NCBI GenBank assembly: GCA_024693345.1
Contig: JAILLB010000028.1
Span: forward strand, 1,590-65,589
Direction: 5' to 3'
Source: Clostridiales bacterium
Lineage (GTDB): Bacteria > Bacillota > Clostridia > Oscillospirales > CAG-272
DNA: 64,000 bases
Position numbers and translations under genes: made by a program. The notes beneath the pieces are model-generated. The model searched no databases. It was not told where the DNA came from and was given only the letters and a program-made list of their open reading frames with translations. Positions 50,157 to 58,780 of this stretch are shown piece after piece (positions within the stretch are counted from its first letter, which is position 1; the number at the start of each line of letters is the position of its first letter).

Positions 50157-52337
50157 ATGGAAAACCACATCATGGACGCTAGATGGCTTGCTCCTAGCGA
50201 ACCGTCTAACAAGAGCTGCATCGAATTTTACAAGGATTTTGAAGTGGATGACGAGGTGGTCTGCGCCACTCTGACAGCATCCGCTCTCGGTGTTTACAAA
50301 GCAGAACTCAACGGCAAAAAAGTCGGAGACATTGTCCTGGCTCCTGGCAGAACATCGATGAGATACTCCGTTATGTACCAGACTTATGACATAACGGACA
50401 TGCTCAAAGAAAAGAACCGCATAACACTCACGGTCGCAGGAGGATGGAAGTCTCTGTCTAACCACGACATATTGTCAAATCCGAGCCTTGCAAAAGATGA
50501 ATGCGCCGTAATAGCAAGTATAGATATTGAATATGAAGACGGAACAACGGAATGCATACCGACTGACTGCAGCTGGTTCATGACAAAATCCAAAATAGTG
50601 ATGTCTGATCCTTATGACGGTGAAACATATGACGCAACATTTGTTTCCCCAGAGCCTGTGCATATAGAACCAATAATGTATCCAAGATGCTTCCTTATTC
50701 CCCAGGTCAATGAGCCCACTAGAGAAAAAGAGGTTATAAAGGCTGTTAAATACATTAAGACTCCCTGCGGAGAAGATGTAGTCGATTTCGGTCAGAACCT
50801 TGCAGGTTTCATTGAAGTCACATTTGAAGGCGAAAAAGGTCATGTATTCGAACTCGAATGCGGCGAAGTCTTGGACAAAGACGGAAACTTCTACAACAAA
50901 AACTACAGAAAAGCAAAAGCAAAACTGACATATATAAGCGATGGAAAGAAAGCAAAATACAAGACCAGCATGTCTTTCTTCGGGTTCAGATACCTGAGAC
51001 TCACCGGATGGAACGGAAAAGTCAACATAAAGGATTTCAAGGCTATTGCAGTGTATTCTGATATGGAGAGAACAGGGTTCATCGAGACTTCGGATCCCGA
51101 TTTGAACCAGCTCTACCACAATATTATATGGGGCCAGAGGAGCAACTTTATAGACGTCCCGACAGACTGTCCTCAGAGAGACGAAAAGCTCGGCTGGACA
51201 GGCGACGCTCAGGTTTTCTGCAAGTGCGCTTCGTTCAACTATAACACGTACAATTTCTTCAGAAAATGGCTTATGGACATGAGAAATGACCAAAGACCCA
51301 CTGGCGCAATCCCTCATGTCATTCCGAACAACACAAACTGGTCTTCACCCGCTTCTTCTTGGTCTGATGCATGCTGCATAATTCCGTGGCAGCTCTACCT
51401 CATTTACGGTAACAAGCAGATTCTCAGCGAAAACTTCCAGATGATGAAATACTGGGCAGAATACATTGTCAGAAGAGATGACGATTACTTCTCTTCCTCT
51501 AAAGAATACGGCGACTGGCTTTCAACAGATGTTCCTGACACAGCAGAAACTAGAGGCGGTACATCAAGAAGATATATGGCAATGTGCGTCTCGGTTAGAA
51601 CACTTGAAATCGTAACAAAAGCTGCTGAAGTACTGAAAATTCGCAATGCTGACTTCAGAAAAGAAGCAGACAGAATCCGCAAGAAAATAGTGGATGAATT
51701 CTTTGACAAAAACTACCATTTAACAGAAGAGACACAGACTGCAAACGTGCTCGCTATCGAGTGCAGAATATGGCCTGAAAAAAACAATGAGTTTGCATCT
51801 AAACTGGCTGAACTCGTACACAAAAACGGAGACAGAATTTCAACCGGATTTGTCGGAACACCTTACATACTCGGTGCACTCAGCGACAATGGATACACAG
51901 AACTCGCATATACTCTGCTCCTCCAGAAGAAATATCCGTCATGGCTGTATCCTCTCAGCAAGGGTGCAACCACAATGTGGGAACACTGGGACGGACTCAA
52001 AGAGGACGGAAGCATGTGGAGCGAATCCATGAACTCGTTTAACCACTACGCATATGGTGCCGTTGGCGACTGGATATACACAAACGCTGCCGGAATCAAG
52101 TACGATGAAGATGAACCGGGCTTTAAAAAAGTCACAATTGCTCCTCTTACGGATACAAGAATAGAACACCTGAAAGCAAGCGTCATTTCCGAGTACGGCC
52201 TCATATCTTCGGAGTGGGAAAACAAGAACGGAAAGACAACTTATACAATTGTTATTCCTGATGGCATCAAGGCTAGTGCAATTCTGTCCGGAAAGCATCA
52301 TTCGCTGAAAGCAGGCGAAAACACATTCACAGTTTAA
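50157..52337 (+). CDS. alpha-L-rhamnosidase (GH78)
   Basis: The signature VPTDCPQRDEKLGWTGDAQVF is present. The six-hairpin domain contains SFNHYAYGAVGDWIY. At about 726 aa the size is typical of compact GH78 enzymes. Confidence 0.85.
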   Translation: MENHIMDARWLAPSEPSNKSCIEFYKDFEVDDEVVCATLTASALGVYKAELNGKKVGDIVLAPGRTSMRYSVMYQTYDITDMLKEKNRITLTVAGGWKSLSNHDILSNPSLAKDECAVIASIDIEYEDGTTECIPTDCSWFMTKSKIVMSDPYDGETYDATFVSPEPVHIEPIMYPRCFLIPQVNEPTREKEVIKAVKYIKTPCGEDVVDFGQNLAGFIEVTFEGEKGHVFELECGEVLDKDGNFYNKNYRKAKAKLTYISDGKKAKYKTSMSFFGFRYLRLTGWNGKVNIKDFKAIAVYSDMERTGFIETSDPDLNQLYHNIIWGQRSNFIDVPTDCPQRDEKLGWTGDAQVFCKCASFNYNTYNFFRKWLMDMRNDQRPTGAIPHVIPNNTNWSSPASSWSDACCIIPWQLYLIYGNKQILSENFQMMKYWAEYIVRRDDDYFSSSKEYGDWLSTDVPDTAETRGGTSRRYMAMCVSVRTLEIVTKAAEVLKIRNADFRKEADRIRKKIVDEFFDKNYHLTEETQTANVLAIECRIWPEKNNEFASKLAELVHKNGDRISTGFVGTPYILGALSDNGYTELAYTLLLQKKYPSWLYPLSKGATTMWEHWDGLKEDGSMWSESMNSFNHYAYGAVGDWIYTNAAGIKYDEDEPGFKKVTIAPLTDTRIEHLKASVISEYGLISSEWENKNGKTTYTIVIPDGIKASAILSGKHHSLKAGENTFTV

Positions 52338-52342
52338 GCACG

Positions 52343-52374
52343 GGCGCCGTTTTGTATAAAAGACGGCGCCTTTT
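52343..52374 (+). terminator. intrinsic terminator after the GH78 gene
   Basis: Stem GGCGCCGT / ACGGCGCC is followed by TTTT. Confidence 0.7.
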
Positions 52375-52464
52375 CATATATTTACTTTTAGCAATAGAGA
52401 TAGTATAATGTAGTCAACATATTACTGAATGGAGATTCTGCATCAACTGCAGATAGTGTGTGTT

Positions 52465-52923
52465 ATGAAATGTCCGTCATGCGGTTATCTTGAAAGCAAA
52501 GTTATAGACTCCCGTCCAACTGATGAAGGCAGAAGCATCAGGAGAAGAAGAGAGTGTCTTGAGTGCGGAGCAAGATTCACAACATTTGAAACACTTGAGT
52601 CATACCCTATTCTCGTCATTAAAAAGAATGGCACGAGAGAAGCTTTTGACAGAACCAAGATTATGAACGGCCTTATAAAGGCTTGTCAGAAACGCCCGGT
52701 AACAATGGAACAGCTTGAAAAAGTCGTCAGCGACATTGAAAACGAGCTTCAGAACTCACTCAACCACGAAATTCAGTCTCAGAAGATCGGCGAGATGATA
52801 ATGGATAAACTCAAAAAGATTGATGAAGTTGCCTACGTCAGATTCGCCTCTGTTTACAGAGAATTCAAGGATTTGGATACATTCATGCGGGAACTCGCCG
52901 CATTAAAGAATGAGAATAAATAA
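52465..52923 (+). CDS. nrdR: transcriptional repressor NrdR
   Basis: [18 protein letters not shown]...[17 protein letters not shown] is the zinc ribbon. An ATP-cone follows. The ORF-track start 12 codons upstream was rejected. Confidence 0.93.
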   Translation: MKCPSCGYLESKVIDSRPTDEGRSIRRRRECLECGARFTTFETLESYPILVIKKNGTREAFDRTKIMNGLIKACQKRPVTMEQLEKVVSDIENELQNSLNHEIQSQKIGEMIMDKLKKIDEVAYVRFASVYREFKDLDTFMRELAALKNENK

Positions 52924-52940
52924 CGAGAGGAAGCTTAGAT

Positions 52941-53864
52941 ATGGTAAGCGTAAAGGAAATTGCTTCGTTTAAAAACTTCGGCAAATGTCTTGAAATATCC
53001 AACGGAAGACTTGTGCTGTACGTTACTATAGACATCGGACCAAGAATCATTTACTGTTCGCTTGACGGAAGTCCCAACTTGATGCTTGAAGATGTCGAGA
53101 GAAAGAATCAGAAAGATGTCTCTTCCCTCTTCGGCCCGGACAAATATTGGTATATCTACGGCGGACACAGACTCTGGTTCAGCCCTGAAGAATATCCAAA
53201 AACATATTATCCGGACAACGAAAAGGTTGTTTATACATTGACAGAAACAGGATGCGTTTTGAATCCTCCGACTCAGCTTGTGACAGGACTCAAATACACA
53301 ATAACAATTTCAGTACATCCTGAAGAACCGGTTGTCACAATCAACCATGTAACAACAAATACAACTTCTGAAGAAGTGACAGGAGCCAGCTGGGCTCTTA
53401 CAGCTATGAGAAGCGGCGGAACAACAATTGTTCCACAGACCACAACAGATACTGTTCTTCTCCCAAACAGAAGCATTGTATTCTGGCCGTACACCGACAT
53501 CAATGACTACAGACTCAAGCTTGGAAACAAATATGTAGTTATCAAACAGGATCCTGCCAACAGCCATCCTATCAAACTCGGTTTCACAAATACAGAAGGA
53601 AAAGTGGTATACGTAAACGGCTCGGTCGCTTGCAGTGTTTCTTATGGGACATCGTACGAAGACGGCAGCGAATATCCGGACTATGGATCATCTTGCGAAG
53701 TGTACGAGTGCGACTATTTCACAGAAGTCGAAACCCTGTCTCCATTAAAGGTGCTTCCCGAGGGCGCAAGCATATCCCATACGGAAAAGTGGAAATTTGC
53801 ATCGGGAGTTAACCTTGATTCAACCGATGACGAAACACTCGACGAACTGTTTAAGCTTGTCTGA
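52941..53864 (+). CDS. cytoplasmic beta-rich protein of unknown function
   Basis: The ORF is uninterrupted with normal codon usage. An RBS-like GAGAGGAAG lies upstream. No signal peptide and no motif I can name with confidence. Confidence 0.65.
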   Translation: MVSVKEIASFKNFGKCLEISNGRLVLYVTIDIGPRIIYCSLDGSPNLMLEDVERKNQKDVSSLFGPDKYWYIYGGHRLWFSPEEYPKTYYPDNEKVVYTLTETGCVLNPPTQLVTGLKYTITISVHPEEPVVTINHVTTNTTSEEVTGASWALTAMRSGGTTIVPQTTTDTVLLPNRSIVFWPYTDINDYRLKLGNKYVVIKQDPANSHPIKLGFTNTEGKVVYVNGSVACSVSYGTSYEDGSEYPDYGSSCEVYECDYFTEVETLSPLKVLPEGASISHTEKWKFASGVNLDSTDDETLDELFKLV

Positions 53865-53963
53865 TTACAATAAGCCATCAAATTGTCTCACCTCCCCTTT
53901 TCCAGCATGGTGAGACTTTTTGCTGACGTATACGTCAAATTGGTGTTAGGGAGGATAGTTTGT

Positions 53964-54830
53964 ATGAAAAAATTATCTATCGCACTATTATCTGTTTTAA
54001 TGATGTTTATTTTCGTTTTCTCTATTTCTGCAAGCGCAGATATGGGACCTAAACCAACACTCCACATTTTCGTTGAAAACGCACCTGCAGATGCATATTA
54101 TCTGGATTTACTCCTTGAAGGAAACGGAGACTATAACAGCAATCTCCGCGAAAAGGAAAAAGAATACAACGAAACAATGCTCAATGTTCTGAAAAACTAC
54201 AATGAATCAGGCTGGCATACTGGCATAGTTCAGGGAACCGGCGCTCCAATGTGGGGAGATATCATCCCTTCGGCCGGCAACACATTTTCTTTCGGGTATT
54301 TCGGCCTTCCGGATGTAGGAAGAAATTATAAGATTATCATGGTGTTTTCCGACGGGAGTTACGCTGTATCCGATGTTTTGACAAGACAGATTTATCAGGA
54401 AGAGATTACAATCGAATATAGCAAAGCCGACAATACGATTACAGTGACGAAAACACAGAACAAGTTCTTGATGTTTATTAAGCAGTTTCTTCCGATGATG
54501 GCAGGAACCCTCATAATAGAAGTGCTCTTGCTCCTTTTATTCAGGATACCGATCAAAGAAAACATTGTGCTTGTTTTAATCACAAATTTTGTAACAAATC
54601 TGGGGCTTAACCTCATTTTATTCTTTTCAAGAATATCTTCAGGCTCTTTAGTATCATACATCTGGTTCGTATTACTTGAGATTGCGATACTTATAGCCGA
54701 AATGATCATATACGCAGTATTTATGAAGTCAAAGAGCAAAGGCTTAAGCATCGGATATGCGGCAGCTGCCAATGTCCTTTCTGCTGTTGCCGGATTCTTC
54801 ATAATGCTCATTCCGGGAGTTTTCGTTTAA
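53964..54830 (+). CDS. membrane protein: signal peptide, about 150-aa extracytoplasmic domain, 4-5 C-terminal TM helices
   Basis: The ATG at 53964 (MKKLSIALLSVLMMFIFVFSISASA) follows GGGAGGA. The hydrophobic C-terminal half runs from about residue 185. Confidence 0.7.
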   Translation: MKKLSIALLSVLMMFIFVFSISASADMGPKPTLHIFVENAPADAYYLDLLLEGNGDYNSNLREKEKEYNETMLNVLKNYNESGWHTGIVQGTGAPMWGDIIPSAGNTFSFGYFGLPDVGRNYKIIMVFSDGSYAVSDVLTRQIYQEEITIEYSKADNTITVTKTQNKFLMFIKQFLPMMAGTLIIEVLLLLLFRIPIKENIVLVLITNFVTNLGLNLILFFSRISSGSLVSYIWFVLLEIAILIAEMIIYAVFMKSKSKGLSIGYAAAANVLSAVAGFFIMLIPGVFV

Positions 54831-54833
54831 TTA

Positions 54834-57008
54834 ATGAGTTTAAAAACATCTTTATTGCGTTCAGAATTAAAGTTGACCAAAAATGCAATCAACAGCATTT
54901 CGGTACAGCTTTCAAGGGACGCGCAGGACAAGCTCGGACTTTTAATGTCCAGGCAAAGAAAAAGCAAAGTCACATATGAACAACACAGCTTCGACAAATT
55001 CGAAGGCGAATGGATTCACCCTTCAGGTGTAAAGAGCAAGGGTGCCGTTCTCTATCTCCATGGTGGCGGATACACCACCGGAGGCCTCGATTATTGCCGA
55101 GGCTTTGGTTCGCTTCTGGCAGACATGACGGGAGCAGACGTTTTTACCGCCGCATACAGACTTGCTCCTGAAAACCCTTTCCCTGCTGCAGTTGAAGATG
55201 TTTATGAAGCATTCAGGTATATGCTCTCTTGTGGATATGAGAGCAGACAAATTGTTCTCTGCGGAGAATCCGCAGGCGGTGGTCTTTGTTATTCCCTTTC
55301 CATGCTGCTGAGAGATAACGGAGAACCTCTTCCCGGGTATATAATCGCTTTTTCACCATGGGTTGATCTTACATGTTCTCTGTCTTCGCACGAGTTTAAC
55401 TCCCAGAAAGATCCATCTCTTACAACAAAACACCTGTTGGATCAGGCAAAAATGTATGCAGGTGAAAAACTGAAACATTCGTATGTTTCCCCTGTGTTCG
55501 GAAATCTTTCCGGACTCCCTGATTCAAGAATCTTTGTAGGCGGCGACGAACTGCTTTTGAGTGACTCCATGCTCATGTGTGAGAAACTGAAAAAGTCAGG
55601 TTCAAGGTGCAGTATTACCGTAAGAAACGGAATGTGGCATGCGTATGTGCTCTTTGGGGTCAAGGAATCCGAATCCGATCTGGAAAAAGTAAAGTCTTTG
55701 ATTCAAAGTGTCACCGAATCTTATGAGAGCAAAAACTGGCTCGCTCTTGACAATGCCGGTAAAATATTCCCTGCTGCGATGAGCAGAAAATGGAGCAATG
55801 TATTCAGAATTTCAGCAACATTAAAAGAAGACATTGACCCAGGAATACTTAAGAGTGCCACCAGAGTAACTGCATCAAGATTTCCTTCAATTGCGGTCAG
55901 ATTAAGACGCGGGGTATTCTGGTACTATCTTGAGAGAATAGATACCATTCCGGATCCGATACCGGATTCACCATATCCCTGTCAGATTATGAAGAGCAAG
56001 GAAATAAGCAGATGTGCGTTCAGAGTTCTTTATTACAAGAAAAGAATCTCGATAGAAGTATTCCATGCTTTAACCGACGGAACCGGAGCCCTAATATTCT
56101 TAAAAACTCTTGTCGCGGAATATATAACACAAAAGTATAACACCGATATTTCCTGTAACGACGGTGTTTTAGACAGATATGACCGTCCCGTACCCGAAGA
56201 GATAGAAGACAGTTTTGTCAAGAACAAAGGCGACTACACAAAGCCCAGAAATGAGAAGGTCGCATATAAGATAAAGGGCAAAAAAGAACCTGACGGATAC
56301 CAGAACATTATAACAGGAATCATCAACCTTGAAGACATTCACAGAGTTGCAAAATCATACAATGTTTCCATTACTTCGTATATCACTTCTGTCATGATCA
56401 AATCCATCATAACTCTGCAAAATAAATCCGGAGTGAAAGCCGGCAGGCAGAAGAGGGTGGCTGTTAATGTTCCGATTAATTTGAGAAAGTTCTTTGATTC
56501 AAAAACACTCAGAAACTTCTCTCTTGTTGCATGCGTAGGTGTAGATCCAAATGAAGGTGTTTACTCAATGGAAGAACTCACCGAGTCAGTAAGCCACCAG
56601 ATGAAACTGTGGGCAACTCAGAAGAATCTACGCGCCATGATAACAAAGAATGTCAAATCAGAACAATCTCCGATTCTGAGAGTGGTGCCGCTGTTTTTAA
56701 AAAATATTGTGATGAAACTCGTTTACAATAGGGTGGCAGAGCGCACATCAAGTACTGCAATTTCAAACCTCGGCATGCAAACATTGCCTAAAGAAATGGC
56801 AGATTATGTAGATCACCTTGATTTTAATCTCGGAATTCTTTCCAATTCCGCATACAACTGCTCTGCAATATCTTACGGAGATAAAATGAGATTCAACTTC
56901 ACAAGTAACATCGAAAGCCATGAACTTGAAAGACTGTTCTTCACCGAACTCGTTAAATCAGGCATTCATGTGCTTATAGAAAACAATGAAAAAGAAGGAG
57001 GAGATTAA
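54834..57008 (+). CDS. fusion protein: family IV (HSL-type) alpha/beta-hydrolase esterase + HxxxDG acyltransferase/condensation-like domain
   Basis: LHGGGY is the oxyanion-hole HGGG motif, and GESAGGG is the nucleophile elbow. The C-terminal domain has EVFHALTDGTGALIF (HxxxDG). The start is 3 nt after the previous stop. Confidence 0.8.
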   Translation: MSLKTSLLRSELKLTKNAINSISVQLSRDAQDKLGLLMSRQRKSKVTYEQHSFDKFEGEWIHPSGVKSKGAVLYLHGGGYTTGGLDYCRGFGSLLADMTGADVFTAAYRLAPENPFPAAVEDVYEAFRYMLSCGYESRQIVLCGESAGGGLCYSLSMLLRDNGEPLPGYIIAFSPWVDLTCSLSSHEFNSQKDPSLTTKHLLDQAKMYAGEKLKHSYVSPVFGNLSGLPDSRIFVGGDELLLSDSMLMCEKLKKSGSRCSITVRNGMWHAYVLFGVKESESDLEKVKSLIQSVTESYESKNWLALDNAGKIFPAAMSRKWSNVFRISATLKEDIDPGILKSATRVTASRFPSIAVRLRRGVFWYYLERIDTIPDPIPDSPYPCQIMKSKEISRCAFRVLYYKKRISIEVFHALTDGTGALIFLKTLVAEYITQKYNTDISCNDGVLDRYDRPVPEEIEDSFVKNKGDYTKPRNEKVAYKIKGKKEPDGYQNIITGIINLEDIHRVAKSYNVSITSYITSVMIKSIITLQNKSGVKAGRQKRVAVNVPINLRKFFDSKTLRNFSLVACVGVDPNEGVYSMEELTESVSHQMKLWATQKNLRAMITKNVKSEQSPILRVVPLFLKNIVMKLVYNRVAERTSSTAISNLGMQTLPKEMADYVDHLDFNLGILSNSAYNCSAISYGDKMRFNFTSNIESHELERLFFTELVKSGIHVLIENNEKEGGD

Positions 57009-57009
57009 T

Positions 57010-57708
57010 ATGGCTTACTGCGTAAAATGCGGTGTGGAGCTGGAACCCGGAGCAAAAAAATGCCCGCTTTGCAATACTCCTGTTGTTCTTCCCTTTGAAC
57101 AGACCGAAACGTTTGATACTCCTTATCCTGTTTACCAAAAAAAGCCCAAATTAAAAATAGGCAAAGGAACAGCGATGGTTGTGGTAGGACTTGTACTGCT
57201 TCTGCCTCTTTTAATCACGTTGATTTCCAATCTCACAATAAATCATGAATTGACGTGGTCACTTTATGTAATATCTTCCCTGCTCACCTTTTATGTAATG
57301 GTGGCATCGATTGTGATGCTGAAAGAGAAACCCGTACTGGCGATTGTGGTAATTGGTTTAGATATTGAAGCATTTCTGATGTTCATCAACTACATGACCC
57401 AGGGACAGTGGTTCTTGATATTTGCACTCCCTTTGGTAGCCGTCGTAACAGTGTTTGCCATCATAATTGCAATACTATGCCGCAAGCATCTTATAAAGGT
57501 TCCAACACTGGTATCTGTATCAATGCTGTTTTCAGGTATTCTGTGCATAGTAATAGAGATACTTCTCTGTGTTCTTGTAAAAGAAAACATTGTCCTTCTG
57601 TGGTCTCTTTATCCATTTGCAACCATGTTTATTCTGTCAATTGTTGTGTGGGTAATATTCAGAAGCAAATCAATTGTTGAAAAACTTAAAAAGAAATTCT
57701 TCATATAA
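57010..57708 (+). CDS. zinc-ribbon polytopic membrane protein
   Basis: The ATG at 57010 reads MAYCVKCGVELEPGAKKCPLCNTPV (CxxC-x10-CxxC). Five to six TM helices follow. The start is 1 nt after the upstream stop. Confidence 0.75.
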   Translation: MAYCVKCGVELEPGAKKCPLCNTPVVLPFEQTETFDTPYPVYQKKPKLKIGKGTAMVVVGLVLLLPLLITLISNLTINHELTWSLYVISSLLTFYVMVASIVMLKEKPVLAIVVIGLDIEAFLMFINYMTQGQWFLIFALPLVAVVTVFAIIIAILCRKHLIKVPTLVSVSMLFSGILCIVIEILLCVLVKENIVLLWSLYPFATMFILSIVVWVIFRSKSIVEKLKKKFFI

Positions 57709-57721
57709 AACAGATTTGGTA

Positions 57722-57750
57722 TTTACATTTTAAAAAAAGCGGTATATAAT
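57722..57750 (+). promoter_or_regulatory. SigA-type promoter upstream of cysK
   Basis: TTTACA (57722-57727), 17-nt spacer, TATAAT (57745-57750). Confidence 0.6.
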
Positions 57751-57799
57751 CCCACTAAACAAGTGGGTATATATACCGCAATATTTTTGGGAGGACAAC

Positions 57800-58732
57800 A
57801 TGGGTAACAAAGTATATAAATCAATATCTGAATTGGTTGGAAACACTCCTATTCTGGAACTTGTAAACTTTGAAAAAGCCAATAACCTTGGAGCGAAAGT
57901 ATTAGCAAAACTTGAATACTTCAATCCAGCAGGATCCGTAAAGGACAGAGTTGCGAAATCTATAATTGATGATGCAGAAGCAAAAGGTCTGTTAAAACCG
58001 GGCGGCACAATAATAGAGCCAACATCCGGAAATACCGGAATCGGTCTGTCAGCCATTGCAGCATCAAGAGGTTACAAGCTCATAATCGTCCTTCCCGATA
58101 CAATGTCCATGGAGAGAAGAAAGCTCATAATGGCATATGGCGCAGAACTCGTTCTCACCGACGGAAGTAAAGGCATGAAAGGTGCAATCGCAAAGGCTGA
58201 AGAATTGCATGAACAGATTAAGGGTTCTATAATTGCAGGCCAGTTTGTAAACCCGGCAAATCCCAAAGCGCACTATGAGACAACCGGACCGGAAATATAT
58301 AAAGACACTGATGGAAAGGTAGACATTCTTGTTTCCGGAGTCGGAACAGGAGGAACACTGACAGGCACAGGCAAATACCTTAAAGAAAGAATACCCGGAC
58401 TGAAAGTTGTTGCTGTTGAACCGTTCAGTTCCCCGGTGTTATCTCAGGGAAAATCCGGGCCGCACAAGATTCAAGGTATCGGTGCAGGTTTTGTACCTGA
58501 TGTATTAGACACATCTGTTTATGACGAGATAGTTGCGGTCACAAATGAAGATGCAATTTCATCAGGAAAACAAATTGCGAGAACAGACGGAATATTGGTG
58601 GGCATATCCTCGGGCGCCGCACTCTGGGCCGCATCTGAACTGGCAAAAAGACCCGAAAACAAAGACAAGAATATTGTGGTCGTATTGCCCGACACGGGTG
58701 AGAGATATCTGTCTACTGCACTGTTTGATTAA
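57800..58732 (+). CDS. cysK: cysteine synthase A (O-acetylserine sulfhydrylase)
   Basis: NPAGSVKDR contains the PLP-binding Lys. TSGNTGIGL and GVGTGGTLTG are also present. Confidence 0.93.
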   Translation: MGNKVYKSISELVGNTPILELVNFEKANNLGAKVLAKLEYFNPAGSVKDRVAKSIIDDAEAKGLLKPGGTIIEPTSGNTGIGLSAIAASRGYKLIIVLPDTMSMERRKLIMAYGAELVLTDGSKGMKGAIAKAEELHEQIKGSIIAGQFVNPANPKAHYETTGPEIYKDTDGKVDILVSGVGTGGTLTGTGKYLKERIPGLKVVAVEPFSSPVLSQGKSGPHKIQGIGAGFVPDVLDTSVYDEIVAVTNEDAISSGKQIARTDGILVGISSGAALWAASELAKRPENKDKNIVVVLPDTGERYLSTALFD

Positions 58733-58740
58733 TGTCAAAA

Positions 58741-58769
58741 AGGCATGGCTTTTTCGCCATGCCTTTGTT
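58741..58769. terminator. bidirectional terminator between cysK and the convergent EAL gene
   Basis: Stem AGGCATGGC / GCCATGCCT is flanked by an A run and TTTGTT. Confidence 0.65.
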
Positions 58770-58780
58770 ATGTATTGTTG

